A stretch of 63,696 bases of DNA, filler included, from Reticulomyxa filosa (GCA_000512085.1; 23 parts of 23 records of this genome joined end to end with filler, not necessarily neighbours in it), one strand, 5' to 3'. Counted from the whole stretch's first letter, positions 37,142 to 51,390 are shown. The notes: generated from the letters alone by a model not told the origin. Numbers and translations are program-made.

Positions 37142-38526
37142 TTCGTGCCAAAAGGAAGTAATAATCTTTTATGATCTTTAAAAGAAAAGTTCAGTTTTTT
37201 TTTAGTTTTTTTTGTTTGAAAAAAGAACGTTGTTCTTACAACAACGGTATTTTTTTATCGTCAATAAACTTGTTAAATTATATTAAAACGCTGTTGTTGG
37301 GAGAGAATAAATCAAGAATCATCTTAAATGTTGAGCGTTCTTGTCTTTTCATATGATACAACATCTATATGCTATTAAAAATTTCCGGAAACTTTTTTCA
37401 ATTATTAGACATTCAATGCAATTGTAAAGCATCTTCTTTCCAAATCATTTATTTTAATTCAAATAATATTATCTGAAAAGTTGATAATTTCAAAACTATT
37501 TTGATAGAAAAGAGGAAAAAAGTACAAAATGTTTAACTTTGTTAAACAATATGATGTATTTTATGTCTTGGTATATTTGTACTTTTACTTACTAGTAATG
37601 TGGAAATTACAAACCAACGATGTATACAATTTAACAGTCTGTCACGTGTTATTGAATGTATTTTTGATAGACCCCTTTCCCATTTGTAGTAAATAATATC
37701 GAAACTGGTGGTAATTCAAATGTGGTGTGTTCTGCGTCATTAGATAATACAATTCGATTCGATTAAATAAAATGAATTGCACATAATCGATGGAGATAAT
37801 AAAGAAGACGAAGGAATGTGTTTTAAATTTATGATTTTGAAAAAGAAAGGAAAATTAGATGATTGCCTTTTAAGTTATTAAAGTTTTAAACATGTGAAAC
37901 TGACTTGTACAATTGGAAAATTTTTTGCAAATAATACAAAGGTTGTTTCTTTTTTTATGTGAAATAAGTCTGGAAAACTCTAGAATGTTCTTTCTGTTTC
38001 ATATTTATGCATAAGATCAGAGGAAAAAATTGCCAATACAATGTAGAATATTCATTCTCTTTTAAATATTATGTAATTTTCAGCTGCTTGTTTGAAATTA
38101 CAACCGATCAAAAAAAAGATTCCTTGGATTGTCTTCTGTGCGTGGTTTTTGCCAATTCAAATTCTATCTTTTTAACACTTGGAAAAACTCTTCAATATAC
38201 TATGTGTAATGTGATCTCCATGTCAACGACATACAAGGATAAAGAATTTTTGGGAAACTCTCAAAGCCATGAAAAATGGTTTCCCCATTCTTAAATAATC
38301 ACATTTCCAAGGACTCAACAAATTATTACGTTTTTAAGTACGAATGTATTCAACTGAAATATTTACAAGGTTTTTAAGCGTTATATTTTGTTCATGGCTA
38401 TAAACCAATATCACAAATATTATTTTATATGGAAAATTGCATTTCATTCAAATGTTTTTACTTTCAAAAGGGTCTTGTCATCCCCTTTTTTTAAAAAAAA
38501 TAAAAAAATCAGCAACATTTGCAAAC

Positions 38527-38960
38527 ATGTTTAATCGAACTACAGCACAAAAATCCCCTCAAAGACAAATCGAACAAAGTCAACATATTAGTACTTCAAC
38601 TATCTTTCAAACTTTGAAGGCTTTGCCAAGTTCACTTGAGCACGCTCAATGTGTGCTACACAAACACGAACTCCTCATTTGTGGAGGTTATAACAAAGAA
38701 CTTTATATTTTTATCATACACTCCAAAACAAATACAAGTTTATCTGTAAGTATCCAAGTAATGCTGAATTAGAAGGACACGTGTAGTGAAAATGATAGAT
38801 AACAACATTAAAAGATTGTTATTGTGGAGTGCGTGCAGTGATTGATGGAATCAACATCATTTGTTATTTATTACTTATTGGAATGATAATATAAGTTTGT
38901 TTGATTTAAATATATTTCAATTTATTAAACATAATACTTTACCAACTAAATAAATTCATC
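38527..38960 (+). pseudogene. Kelch-family pseudogene (paralog of the 34636 gene)
   Basis: FQTLKALPSSLEHAQCVLHKHELLICGG, then frameshifted KYKFICKYP; large internal deletions and stops. Confidence 0.8.
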
Positions 38961-39381
38961 AAATTCAGAAAATGAACAAGGAAAAGAAATGATAAAACAA
39001 TTGAAGAAAAAAACTCATAAACTACACGTTTGTGATGATATTGCATCCTTATATTACAGTAGGTTGCAAAGAAAACTGAACGCATAAAACGTATCTTATG
39101 ATGATAATTGATTTTCTCAATAAAAATCAACATTTAGACCTAATTTTTTTTTTAAAAAATATCTACAAATCTTGTAGTTTTTAAATATGATATTGGTTTT
39201 TTAATAACTTTTTTTTTTGTTGGATGAAATCAACATTATTTCAAATGATTTTTGAAAATTTTGCGAGAATGCGTATCATTTNNNNNNNNNNNNNNNNNNN
39301 NNNNNNNNNNNNNNNNNNNNNNNNNTTAATTAATTAANNNNNNNNNNNNNNNNNNNNNNNNNNNNNNNNNNNNNNNNNNNN

Positions 39382-40559
39382 TTTGTTCATAACAAAATCG
39401 ACACATTTTTGTAGCTGTGACTTCAGTTGTGTGTGTCTTTTTGCCAAGGTTTCCAACGTGGCCGTGTCGTTATTTTTGTTAAACACATTGATTCCCGCGG
39501 GGTGTTTGATATGATCCATCGATATCAACACGGAATTTGCACGTTCGTGAGTCGATGGACCATCGTTTTGGATGTCCAATGACTTGAAAGTGGATATATT
39601 AGCACCTCGTCTGAGTCAACGTTGTGCAAAAGGAGGAGGAAAAAAAAAAAAAAAAAAAAAAAGGTAGGAGTGTGTTGTAATTTCCCTCCCCTTGCAAATG
39701 TGAAGCAAACCAAACTTTGCAGCGTCGGATAAAATCTTCAATCCATGGGCCCATACATAAGCCTCTTGAGGAGACTTTGCAGTGACATTCAATTGATTTC
39801 TCTCATCGCCATAAATGACAGTGAAGGACGTTTCGTAAATGTCTCGGTCTTTCACTCGTCTGACCACATCACTCTCTTTCCCAATTCGAATTTCAACAAT
39901 TGCATTTATTGGAATCTTTGTGTTGGCTTCGTCTTTCTTTTGTGAAAACCAGACAAGATACTTGTGATCTTTGGACAATCGAAATGTACGATACCCGCCA
40001 CTTCCAAATTTGCCATATTTGAGCTATCGACGAGAGTGCAATTCATACATTATATTTGCAAATGAGTTGCAGTGGCATTTCAACAAACAAAACAGATAAA
40101 AAAAAAATAAAAACAAAAATGAAGCGAACCAGAGTCGTGCCTTCTTTCATTTGAGATAACACATCATCATTGTCTTTCGAAGTTGGGTCTACGTGTAAGC
40201 CGTGAGTATTTTCTAAAGACGCGGAATGAACGGACAAATGAGTGTGGTCCTCGTGTGACAAGTCGTCATGATGCCACGCATGACCTGCAGCCGAAGACGC
40301 CGATCTCGAAAGACTCTTGTCTTCGCTGCTCATCAAATCTTGCAAATATCGAAGGATTTCCGGGTCGTGTGGGGCGCCATGTTCGTCATCGCCCTTGCTC
40401 AGTTCAGCCACATCAAACGTCATCATTTTGTTGTCTCCGCCCGTCGGAGTATGATCTACTAATTTCGACAGCGTTGCTTTTCGAGTATGAGACATCGCTT
40501 GTAATGTTGACTTTGTTGTTTTGTTTTTCCCATTCACCCTCCCACTCGCAATTACGTAC

Positions 40560-40561
<2 letters not shown>
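39382..40561 (-). CDS. PH-domain protein (PLC/Mcp5/PRAF-type PH), partial, multi-exon
   Basis: MKEGTTL|LKYGKFG..YRTFRLSKDHKYLVW....IVEIRIGKES....SFTVIYG...LNVTAKSPQEAYVWAHGLKIL. Confidence 0.85.
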
Positions 40562-40597
<36 letters not shown>

Positions 40598-40699
40598 AAN
40601 NNNNNNNNNNNNNNNNNNNNNNNNNNNNNNNNNNNNNNNNNNNTTAATTAATTAANNNNNNNNNNNNNNNNNNNNNNNNNNNNNNNNNNNNNNNNNNNN

Positions 40700-41986
40700 A
40701 GACGAATTCGTGGCGACATATTTGCAGGACGTCATTCCATTACAGCACGAGACTTGTTTCGCTGGGCCGAGCGACACATACAATCGTATCAAGCGCTAAG
40801 TGAGAACGGATTTATGCTAATGGCAGAGCGCTGTCGCAACGTGGAGGAAAAAAAGATTGTGATGGAGGTGCTGAACAAACATTGCAAACATCAAATGGAC
40901 GAGCCGTCGTTGTACAATCGCATGGAATGTGCAAAGCTGTCGCAGCAATTACAGCAACTTTTGTGCAGTGACAGTCACAGCAGCAGCAACGACGACATGA
41001 AAGACTTTTCTTATGCGAACGCAAAGAAAGGAATCGAGAGTATCAGTTGGACATATTCGATGAAGCGATTGTTCACATTGGTAAGCGCGTGTCTGGAACA
41101 TTCCGAGCCCGTGCTGTTGGTAGGTCCGACGGGTGCCGGCAAAACGACCGTGGTTCAAATGTTGGCATTGTTGCGACGACAAAACTTGCGAATGATTAAT
41201 TGTCACCAAAACACAGAGACGAGTGATATTTTGGGAGGTCTTCGACCAGTCCGTGGCAAAGACAAAATGAAAATATTGTTGGAACATTCCATCGATAAAT
41301 ATCTGGACGTCATTGCTAGTATTTGCAATGTGGCAATCTTTATGGTAGACGACGTGGATGGGAGCATCGTGTTGGATTCATCTGACCCCAGTCCGAGTTA
41401 CAATCGTGTGGAGCTGACGCAGCAGCTATCCATGATCGCAAACACAATTGCACAGCAGTTGACAACGGGCCACGAGACATTGGCCCTGAACGACAAACTG
41501 ACATTGTATCGCCAAGTTGCAAGTCTTTGGAAAATGACAGAGCCACAATTATTCCTCTCCAATGTCCATGAGCTCCTGGATATGAACGAAGTCCAAACTC
41601 TGACCACTATGATCGAATCGCAAAGCACACAATATCAGTCACTGTTTGAATGGCAAAATGGTCCCTTGGTTTCGGCGATGAAAGACGGAGATATCCTGTT
41701 GATCGATGAAATCTCGCTGGCCGAAGACGCCGTGTTGGAGCGAATGAACAGTGTGTTGGAGCCATCCAGAACTTTGTTCTTGGCCAAAAAGGGTGGCAAT
41801 CAGACCGAGGAGATTATCGCCAATCCATTGTTTCGAATCTTGAGCACAATGAAAATCGGAGGGAACTTTGGAAAGAAGGAGCTGTCGCCCGCGTTGCGAA
41901 ATAGATTTACCGAAATATGGGTACCCTCGCTCGTGGAAAGAGATGAAGATTTGCTGGCCATTATCAAAGAGCGAGCAAGGAATCAA
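40700..41986 (+). CDS. MDN1: Midasin (Rea1/MDN1) AAA+ ring fragment
   Basis: ITARDLFRWA, EPVLLVGPTGAGKT, NCHQNTETSDILGGLRP, LFEWQNGPLV, LLIDEISLAEDAVLERMNSVLE and KKELSPALRNRFTEIW; open across the whole contig. Confidence 0.93.
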
Positions 41987-44900
41987 NNNNNNNNNNNNNN
42001 NNNNNNNNNNNNNNNNNNNNNNNNNNNNNNTTAATTAATTAANNNNNNNNNNNNNNNNNNNNNNNNNNNNNNNNNNNNNNNNNNNNTGACATGTGAGTTT
42101 TGTGCACATTATTTTTGAGAAAAGGGGGGGGGTTGTAAGTCATTCTGTCCAACTGCTACTGACTATTTGCAGTTCTCCTTCAATGAAATTGTAAACAAAA
42201 ATTTCATTTGATATTGTTAATATCTCATAAACTTTGATTCATTTTTTTTTTCAAACTACAAGACGTACTGCTTTCTTTGTTTTCGTAATAAAAAAGGGAA
42301 ATTTTGAAAACGAGCTTTTTGCAATAGTCGAAATTGCCTCATTGCGTCAACTCAAACTCTGTTCCTAATTGGATTCTACGTTTGTAACTTTGTCTTTCTC
42401 TGCTTCTGTTAAAAGACTGTAAACGATGTGTTGTCCAAAAAAAAATAACGAACATAAAAATGAATAACAAAAGCAACAAACAGTAGGTAAAGAAAAACAA
42501 AGAAGAGAACAATGAAAGATAGTGGGAGAATGACATTGACAATGAGCGAGATCAGATCGAATAAAATGGATTAGAGTTGATTTGCATGTTCGCCAGACTA
42601 CTCTCATTGGATGGATAATTCACCGAATATGAATAAAAATGCTCGGTATACAAATAGTACCACCGTTATCAGCACTATGCCTGTGGTGACTACTCTCAAT
42701 CCCACATATAACAAGACACTATCACTTTTTGAAGCATTACAACGTGGAGGTTATTGTCATATGCATATTATCACTTTGCATGTTCTTTTGTAAATATTTT
42801 TTTTTAGTGCAAAGGATTTTTTTTTTTTTTACGTATACATATATCTATTAATTAATTTATTTGTTTGTTTACATTTGGAAAGCAATCCAAAAAAAAAAAA
42901 AGGTGGAAATTGGTGATACATTCGACGCGCAAAATGAAGAATATCGAGTGACGGAGTTGTACCTCTGTGCTTCGTTGCAACTCCATGGCCGAGAGATAGA
43001 GAGATATATATATATATAGTGGATAGTTTCAGATTGAGCCAATATGTGGACTGCCACTCTCCCTCCCCCCTTCTTTATAGCGTCAACCACATCCTCATAT
43101 CGCCATTATGACATCCACAATGGTGATGGCAACCACAGTTATAATATACAAGTGGTCTTACTTTTTGAATGCCAAAACCCAGCTTTGAAACTTGGTTTGT
43201 ATATTCTTTCATTGGTTTAAGTAAAAAATGTTTGAAAAACAAAACACTGCCTTGCTTTTAATAGGAATAGCGAATGTAACAAACTCACATGCGTGTCCAA
43301 ACACACACACATAGATGTAAATATTTCGGAGTTTTGTACAAAAAAAAATTGGATCTGAAGAAAAGAATGCTAGATAGTAAGATATATAGCTATTTATCAT
43401 ATTATTAATTTATATTAAAATTAATTAATTAATTAAAATAATTCTTAAATTAAATTAAAAAAAAAAAAAAAAAACAAAACAAAACAACAATAATAATAAC
43501 AAAATATAAAATTAATAGATAACGACGACCTGGCATCTTGAACAATTATCCCAATCTATGACAAACAAACACAAATGTTGCAAAGTATGATTTAGAAATT
43601 GCAAACACAAGCTGGTGAAAATAAAGACTGAACTTGGGAATGTAATGAACTGCGCTGGGACGGTCGTTGCTCCCTTCCGTGTTGCATGGCTAGTATTGCC
43701 ATAACGAGGAAGTGAAAGCAAGCAATAACACACACACACCCCCATGTGTGTTTGCTTGTCACATGCCTCTGGTTTCGAATGGGGACCACGTAGTGGATGG
43801 ATGCAATGCATCCCCACTTGCGCGCAATATCTAATGGCACAAACCACATGGCTGTCCATAGATATCTACGCGTCTGTCGGAATCGTCATTTGTCATAGTC
43901 CACATCTGTGGACTATCGCTATCACATCGTTTGCAGGACTGGATGGCATCAACGATTCCTGCGATGCAAACACTGCATCGAATTGTGGTCATGCGTGCGG
44001 CAACACAGACTTTGAATGGAGAGGGGGAGCCACGCTTTTTTCCACTGCAGCGGATGACAGGAATATGGACAGCACAGGAACTCAAATACCATTCCAATAA
44101 TTCCAGGAATTAATAATAATAATAATAAAAAAAAGAAAAACAAACGCACTAAAAAAAAAAAAAAAAAAAAGTTAATCAAAATGCACACCACAAACAATAC
44201 GAACGGAGTCCCTCCCTATCTCAATCTCTATCTCTCGTAACAAAAAAACACTCACTGAAAAGAAAATAAAAATGACAAATGGAAAAAAAAAAAAAAACAA
44301 CAACAATCAAACTAAAGTAAAGCATACAATAACAGAGAAAAATGGAATGATATGGGGAAAAAAGAGTGCAAGAGGGGGATTGAAGGTTGCAAAAGGGGGA
44401 TGAAGTTTGCAAAAGGAGGACGTACTAGCAACGAGGGAGAAAAGTTGCAAAGTACCAAAGGAACAACTTTATTAATTTTTTTTTAAAAAAAAACAACAAC
44501 AACAACAAAATGACAGGAGCAATTGCAATTTGGATGACCCATTCCACATCAATAAATTCTACGGGTCCATCGATAACTAATGCCAATCTATTCACAAAAC
44601 ACACACACATAAGTAATTTAACAGTGACATAAATACATTGGATTGCATAGAAATAACTCCAAATACGGTATGATGTCGCATAACGACCGTCCGTCAGCCG
44701 AATAAATGGACGCATGTGATAGCCTTATCTTGGTCTCTCTCTTCACCCTCTGTTGACACGGCCATCACTGGCCGGTAACACCAAGGGGGGAGAGACATTA
44801 TTTTTAATGTCCATCCTCAGATGGACACTGCCATAACCAGTCCTGCAAACATCACTGTCGGCGATGCTTTCACGCAAACCTCTGCCATGTGGCGATTGTT

Positions 44901-45042
44901 TGCTGCGCTCACCGACGCGCCCGTGGCACGCAATGTTCGCGATTTACATCGCTATCGTAATACGCGCATTGTTGCGCTAACGGCTGACTGGCTCCTTTTT
45001 GACAGGAACCCACCACACCAAAGACCATCTGCAATCAATTAG

Positions 45043-45192
45043 CACCATCATCTCAATATCCACCACAATTTCCATATCCATCACAATTTCAATTTCAACC
45101 ACAATTTCAATTTCAACCACAATTTCAATTTCAACCACAATTTCAATGTCCACTACAATTTCAATGTCCACCACAATTTCAATGTCCACCAC
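45043..45192. repeat. 18-bp minisatellite (CACCACAATTTCAATGTC-like), about 8 units
   Basis: Directly visible; one + frame reads PQFQFQ/PQFQCP repeats. Confidence 0.85.
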
Positions 45193-45401
45193 TCTATTAC
45201 GACCATGGCGATACGTCTACACTTTACCACGAACGATCGCCGACTCTGTATTTTATTTGTAGTGGTGTTTGACAACTCCAAACTTTCACTCATTAAAAAA
45301 TNNNNNNNNNNNNNNNNNNNNNNNNNNNNNNNNNNNNNNNNNNNNTTAATTAATTAANNNNNNNNNNNNNNNNNNNNNNNNNNNNNNNNNNNNNNNNNNN
45401 N

Positions 45402-47826
45402 ATGTACATATATGCATATATAAATATGTAGATAAAGCGTCTTAACAAGGTTCTAATAAATTGCAAGCAATTCCAATATTTTCAGCAGTCTTTTGTTTAT
45501 CTCCAGTTAACATCCACACTTTGATGTTCGCCTGCAAAAATTTGCTGATGGTTTCTGGCACTTGGTCTTGGAGTTTGTCCTCAATGGCAGTGATCCCGAG
45601 CAATTGCACTTGAGCGTCTGCTTCCAATTCGTCATAAAAGTGACAAATTCGACACGAATTTTCGCAGGACCCTCGCATGTGACCTGCCTCTGATTTGCTG
45701 GCAATTGCGGTGCTTTCTTGATGCTTTGCCAGTCTCTTGCGCCAGCCGTGGTCGGGGTCATCCCACCACGAAGGCTCCAGCACCGCCTCCGCGATCACCA
45801 ACGTCCGCAAGCCTTGTTCCGAGTAGTCATTCATGTACTTTTCGCTTGATTTCCAAAGTTTGTTTTGTTCCTTGTCCTCAATTAGTTTTACCATTTCCGA
45901 GTCTGCTCCTTTCATTGTCACATGAATTTTGCCTGTCGTTGTGTTTTTAAATATCACCGTCATGCGTTTGCGTTTCGATGTAAATTCCAATTCTGTCAAT
46001 TGTTCCCATCTTTTATATATATATATGTATATATGTATGTGTATATGTATATGTTTATTTGTTCTGTCTCTTTTAATCGCAAAAGTATAAACAAATATAT
46101 GTACACATAATATTTGTTTATACTTGTTTAAAAAAAAAAAAAAAAAACGACAATCAAAGAAATAAACGAAACTGCTCTTGAATGGCTTTTTCGTCTTCGG
46201 ACAGTTCCAACAACAGCTGGACGCGAGGGGGGTTCCTTTCCATTAGTCTAACCCCCATAAAGTTTGCAAAGCACGTCAAGCATTCGTCGTCGGGACTGGC
46301 GGCACGGATGACAAGTTCTTTGGTTTCCTCATCTTGAACTGGGAAGCAGCTATTGTTCAAAGCCAGCACAGTCAAAAAGCGTCGAACCAACACGGCTTGT
46401 AGGGACGGTTTTGGTTTCGTGACAGCTTCGATCAAATATCCATGCAAGCGTTCGTATTCATCGAAATTGACATGCGGCGCATGATGTCTGAGATTGGTGT
46501 CCGTACTCCCCGGCGCACTGAAATCGTCTTGTCGTACATTGACAGACTTGCTCTTGCTCACATCCATTTCTTGTCGTCGCTTAGCTGCACGTCCAATCTC
46601 CGTGTCGCCTTGGCCAAAGTCCTCATTGCCAATGTAACACTTGCGAAAATCCAATGAGTTTTCCGTTAATGTCCCCGTTTTGTCGCTAAACACGTACTGG
46701 ACTTGTCCCAATTCTTCGTTCAAACCACTGTTCTGCACGTTGCAAAACTTGTCTTGCTTGCCATGTAATCGTGCATACATGCCAATGTCCCATTGCATGA
46801 AAAAGGCTTGGAAGTACTTTACCATTTCCATTGACACCAGCAAAGAGATGGGGATAAATTGAGCAAAGATTATAAACCACGTGAAAAACTTGTAAAACGC
46901 ACCGACTTCGGGACTTTGCGAATAATTCAAATACCACGCCCCGGAATTCGCCGCGAGCCACTCTCCACTTAACACTGCGCACACCAGCATACAAATATTT
47001 GTGCCGTGGCCATGCAATAAATATAGTGATTCATTTGGCGTTCCACGCTGGAGCGTTTGGCCGGGTGGAATCTGGATTTCAATTCATTTTGTTATCACGA
47101 GGCAATATCAAGTAAGAAGGGGGGGGGGGGGGGTATATTGTTTATTTGCACAAATAGAGTTATTTACATACATATATAAATATATATACATACATTTATA
47201 TACCCCCTCCTCCTCTCTCTCTCTCTCTCTCACTCTCACATTTTAATGTCAAACAAAACAATAAAATAAAATAAACTTGCGAGATTGATTGTTCATATAA
47301 ATTTTGCATTCGAAACCAGTGTAAATCACAATTCCAATAAATCCAATCGGAATTCCTAAGTTCGGAACCCCTGAGAAGTAGGTTGTCGGCAATTAAGAGC
47401 ATATTCCGGTGCGAATCGACGGGGACCGATTCCTTGGTTTCTTTGCGCTTTCGATCATGTTCCATAATTGATAACATTTGTTTTGTTACCTTCAGCTCTT
47501 TGATCATTCCCTTCCATTCGTCCAACTGACCGTTGGGTATCTCCACGCTGATATGGCTGTCACTCAAGCGAGACTTCATCTCTTCAAACGCCCCTTCATC
47601 GATTTTGTGTTTGATGCTTATGCATACACATTACACATACATACATTTGCGTGCAATGACCCAGGTGGCACTATGTATCTGTCGAACAACACAGAGTAAG
47701 ACAATAAAACATTGGAAATACCTCGACGCCGATTCAGGCGCATCAAGAGCTGGTAAGGAATTGAATCCTTCTGGGGCTTGTTTCAACTTTAAGTTAGTTT
47801 CTCTTTTTTTTTTTTTTTTTTTTTTT
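45402..47826 (-). CDS. P4-type ATPase (phospholipid flippase), internal fragment, multi-exon
   Basis: ETNLKLKQA, LLLRGSELRNSDWI, IPISLLVSMEMV, LNEELGQVQYVFSDKTGTLTEN, LEFTSKRKRM, KGADS, GLRTL, TAIEDKLQ and WMLTGDK. One 1-nt frameshift at about 47338. Confidence 0.96.
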
Positions 47827-47926
47827 NNNNNNNNNNNNNNNNNNNNNNNNNNNNNNNNNNNNNNNNNNNNTTAATTAATTAANNNNNNNNNNNNNNNNNN
47901 NNNNNNNNNNNNNNNNNNNNNNNNNN

Positions 47927-50176
47927 TTGTTCTTAAATTCCTCTTGTTCATGGTCATGATCATGACCACGGTTATTATAACCACTGCCAGTTGCAAGAGG
48001 GACCTTTAGAATAGTTTCCGATGACTGTCCACTTACAATCAATGGTGTGTTATTATCATATCCGTGTTGCTCCGCGCGTTTTTGGTATTTGCGATTTTTA
48101 TATTTCACTATCAGCTTTGGCAACAATACTTCCATTGTGTTTTGCGTTATTATCGCTGTGAAAAACAATGTCAACAATTGCGTTCGAACCGCTTTCAATT
48201 TCGCGTCGTTTGTGTCAAATTCCGGTGATATATACAGCAAATATATCAATGAATTAAACGAATTCACTATAAAGAAAAATATTCGCTTCACTACCAAATG
48301 GTTATACCACTCCTCTTGCAATCGATGTCCTTCCCACTCGTTTACATAATTCGCAAAGTATACGTATACGTAATTGAAAAACTGAATCTGCAACGAGTTT
48401 ATTATACCCACGCCCACACTAAAACCATTCTGTGCTGTGTCTCCACGCACGCTGTTTGATATCAATTGTTTCAATGACCACATTCCATACACACTCGCAA
48501 CCACCGCCCCAATGCTTGTAAATATACCACTCATTGAAAACATTATTTTCATAAAACGCGAAAACGCGTTCTCGTACACTTCAATCACATCACCATTGAT
48601 TCTTGAGATTTCGGTTCGTCCTAATAATAATATTTTTTTATCAAACTATTTTTTTTTCCATCCCTTACAGTGCATCGAAATTACCTTTAAAAGTTGGTCT
48701 TGGTGCCTGGCTGTGTTCATACGTCAGCATACCTTTTTTTTTTTTTTTTTATTTAAAAAAAGAATTTTCTTTGGAGTTTTTTTTTTTTTTTTTAGCAAAA
48801 AAAAAAATAAAAAAACTAAACCCCATTTGAAACGCAATTCGTGCTCTCTTTGATACCAAATCTCGCTCATCAGAGTGGCCCATACAAAAAACACAAAGAT
48901 AAGGAACTCAGACCCGTTGGGAATGATCTCTTCACTTTTGAATTGATAAATGGAGACGGCGATACTGAAGGGAAGGATGTAGAGCAGCCATTTGGTGTAA
49001 AATGACAAAAAGGCAAAATAAAAGGCAATGTGTTCCCCAAAGTAATTCCGTAGGTCATTGATCTTGTCCATCCACAACTGACGCGAAGGCCTCAGCACAT
49101 CGCAGGTGTGTGCGATGGGTTGGTGACCACAATTCAATGCGAAGATTTGCTTCAATGGATGGTTTGGCAGATTTACATATCGATCCACGTTAAAACCACA
49201 GCCACCTTTTTTTTTTTAAAAAAAAAAAAGCAAAAAGGGGGAGGGGGAAACAACATTAAAAAAAAAAAAGGGGGGGGGTAAGATTGAATTGATGGAAAAA
49301 TTACCTAATTTAGCTGGTTCAGTCATGATTTGATACAAAATTCTTAAAAACAAGCGATTATTCAACACACAGCCATGAGAATCTTGTTTGAAGACTGCAC
49401 GTGGAACATTTGCACTTTCATATGCGACCTGTATTAAATATGTAGGCTTGTTGATACATTGGGCAAACTGCACAATACAATTCGCACACACACATGTATT
49501 CATATATGTGTATATATTTTAATTGTTTTATTATTATTATTATTATGTTACATGAATCCCGTTCCATAATTCCAGTGATAACATATTATATATGTGTTCA
49601 GCACCGTCATGGAAGTCATCTTTATTATTATTATTATTTAGAAGGGGTTATACCATTACAAATTGAACTTTTTTTTTTTTTTTTGCAAGGGACAGACTCT
49701 GGAAGATAATACATAAATATAGATAAAAACAAAAACGAACGAAATTGTCCCTCCGCATCCAAAATTGGCACGTAAGTCCGGTGTGAGAGTGCAAAACCTT
49801 CGTTTTGACGACCATATTTAATCGCTTCCTTTGGCTCGATTTCCAATTGAAAGTCACGGATTTCTGCCCAATCTTCCGCCCACGAGTTATTCACTGTTAC
49901 TACTACTACGATGTGGCCCCCTTGATCACTTGGCAGCTCCGTTATTAAGTACTCCAAACCACCGTCGCGCAAAGGCGCTAATATATCCTTTTGGTTCTCA
50001 AACTCATTCACTACGCTCACTGATGTTTTCCAACAAAGAAACGATTTTGGCCCTTTGTACTCCGGTTTTGGAGTCACTACAAGTCGGTTATCTTCAATGG
50101 AACATTCAAATTCTGCTGTTTCACGTGCAAACACTAAACAATATCCTCTCGCACGATGAGAGAAATTATGTGTCAT
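47927..50176 (-). CDS. Anoctamin/TMEM16 family scramblase/channel, N-terminal part, multi-exon
   Basis: INDLRNYFGEHIAFYFAFLSFYTKWL, WATLMSEIWYQREHELRFKWG, EPRPTFKG and NEWEGHRLQEEWYNHLVVKRIFFFIVNSFNSLIYL. Confidence 0.93.
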
Positions 50177-50286
50177 TATTTATGCCAAGCAAATAATATT
50201 AAGCCAATTAATGATTTTTTTAAACAAAAAAACTAGTGAACAGTTAATCTGAATTTTTCTTTTACTTAAAGGAAAACCACTCCAGA

Positions 50287-51081
50287 TGCTTATACAACCC
50301 TGACAAAGGTTAAATCTGCTGGAGAGATCTCAAAGAAAGCTAACAACAGAAGAAACTAAACAAAGAATTCTGAAAACCTTTGAACTTTTTTGCAAGAAGA
50401 TCCAGAAGGGGCCGAAGAAATTGGTATGCGGCGAGCTAGTAGTGACAGGACGTGTAGATGTTGTCGCCGTGAGTGTAGATGTACACAATTTGGTGACCTA
50501 GTGAAATGTTGCACTGTGCTTTGGACAGAGAAGATTAATTATAGTAAGTATTACGCGTTTTTTTTGACTCTGAGTCAAGCTGTTTCACGAACATTTACGT
50601 TGTTCGATCTGCTAACCGATTTTCTATTATACCAGTTATAAATTAGAAACAAACGACCAACATATATATACATATATATGTATATATTTTTTAAAACGTG
50701 CAAAAATTAGAGTCCTACGCATACAAAAACAAAAAAAAAAATGCCCTCCCCATAGGCGATTAAAAAGTGATAAGCAATTTTGGCTATGTATACTATTATT
50801 TTTAAGTATTTGCGCACCATTTTTTGTGAGCTATTCGAGTGGTGTGAAATTGTTTATGACAAAGGGGACATTTGAACAGGCTGACGGCTTTTTAATAATA
50901 CTTCCGATCATTTACCTGTTCCCCACGGGCGTATTGTACTTTGCATTATTGGACGCCGTCGAAATTCTGTTTTCTTTAGTGTGCACCGTGGCAGTGTTGC
51001 AAGGTGAAGACTTCAAACAGTTGAAAGAAAGAGAAGAGCTGTGGGCAAAACAATTGGGAATGACAAGAATGGACTGGGAAG
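50287..51081 (+). CDS. Multi-pass membrane protein (partial), weak XK-related resemblance
   Basis: Cys-rich cytosolic segment, then FTLFDLLTDFLLYQL; next exon FWLCILLFLSICAPFFVSY..LIILPIIYLFPTGVLYFALLD. The start is uncertain. Confidence 0.55.
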
Positions 51082-51088
51082 TTTGGTG

Positions 51089-51123
<35 letters not shown>

Positions 51124-51290
51124 TCACCAAATTTTTAAAAAAATTACTAAACAAATAATGTGTCTNNNNNNNNNNNNNNNNNNNNNNNNNNNNNNNNNNN
51201 NNNNNNNNNTTAATTAATTAANNNNNNNNNNNNNNNNNNNNNNNNNNNNNNNNNNNNNNNNNNNNAAAAAAAAAAAAAAACAGGAAAAGG

Positions 51291-51322
<32 letters not shown>

Positions 51323-51390
51323 ACAATGGCACTAGACACACACATGACATAAAAGACAAACGAATACAACCACAACAACAAATGTAAGGT

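Noticed and set aside
43419-43440. Native AATTAATTAATTAATT resembling the linker core
   Set aside because: Simple AT low-complexity sequence with no N flanks or other structure.
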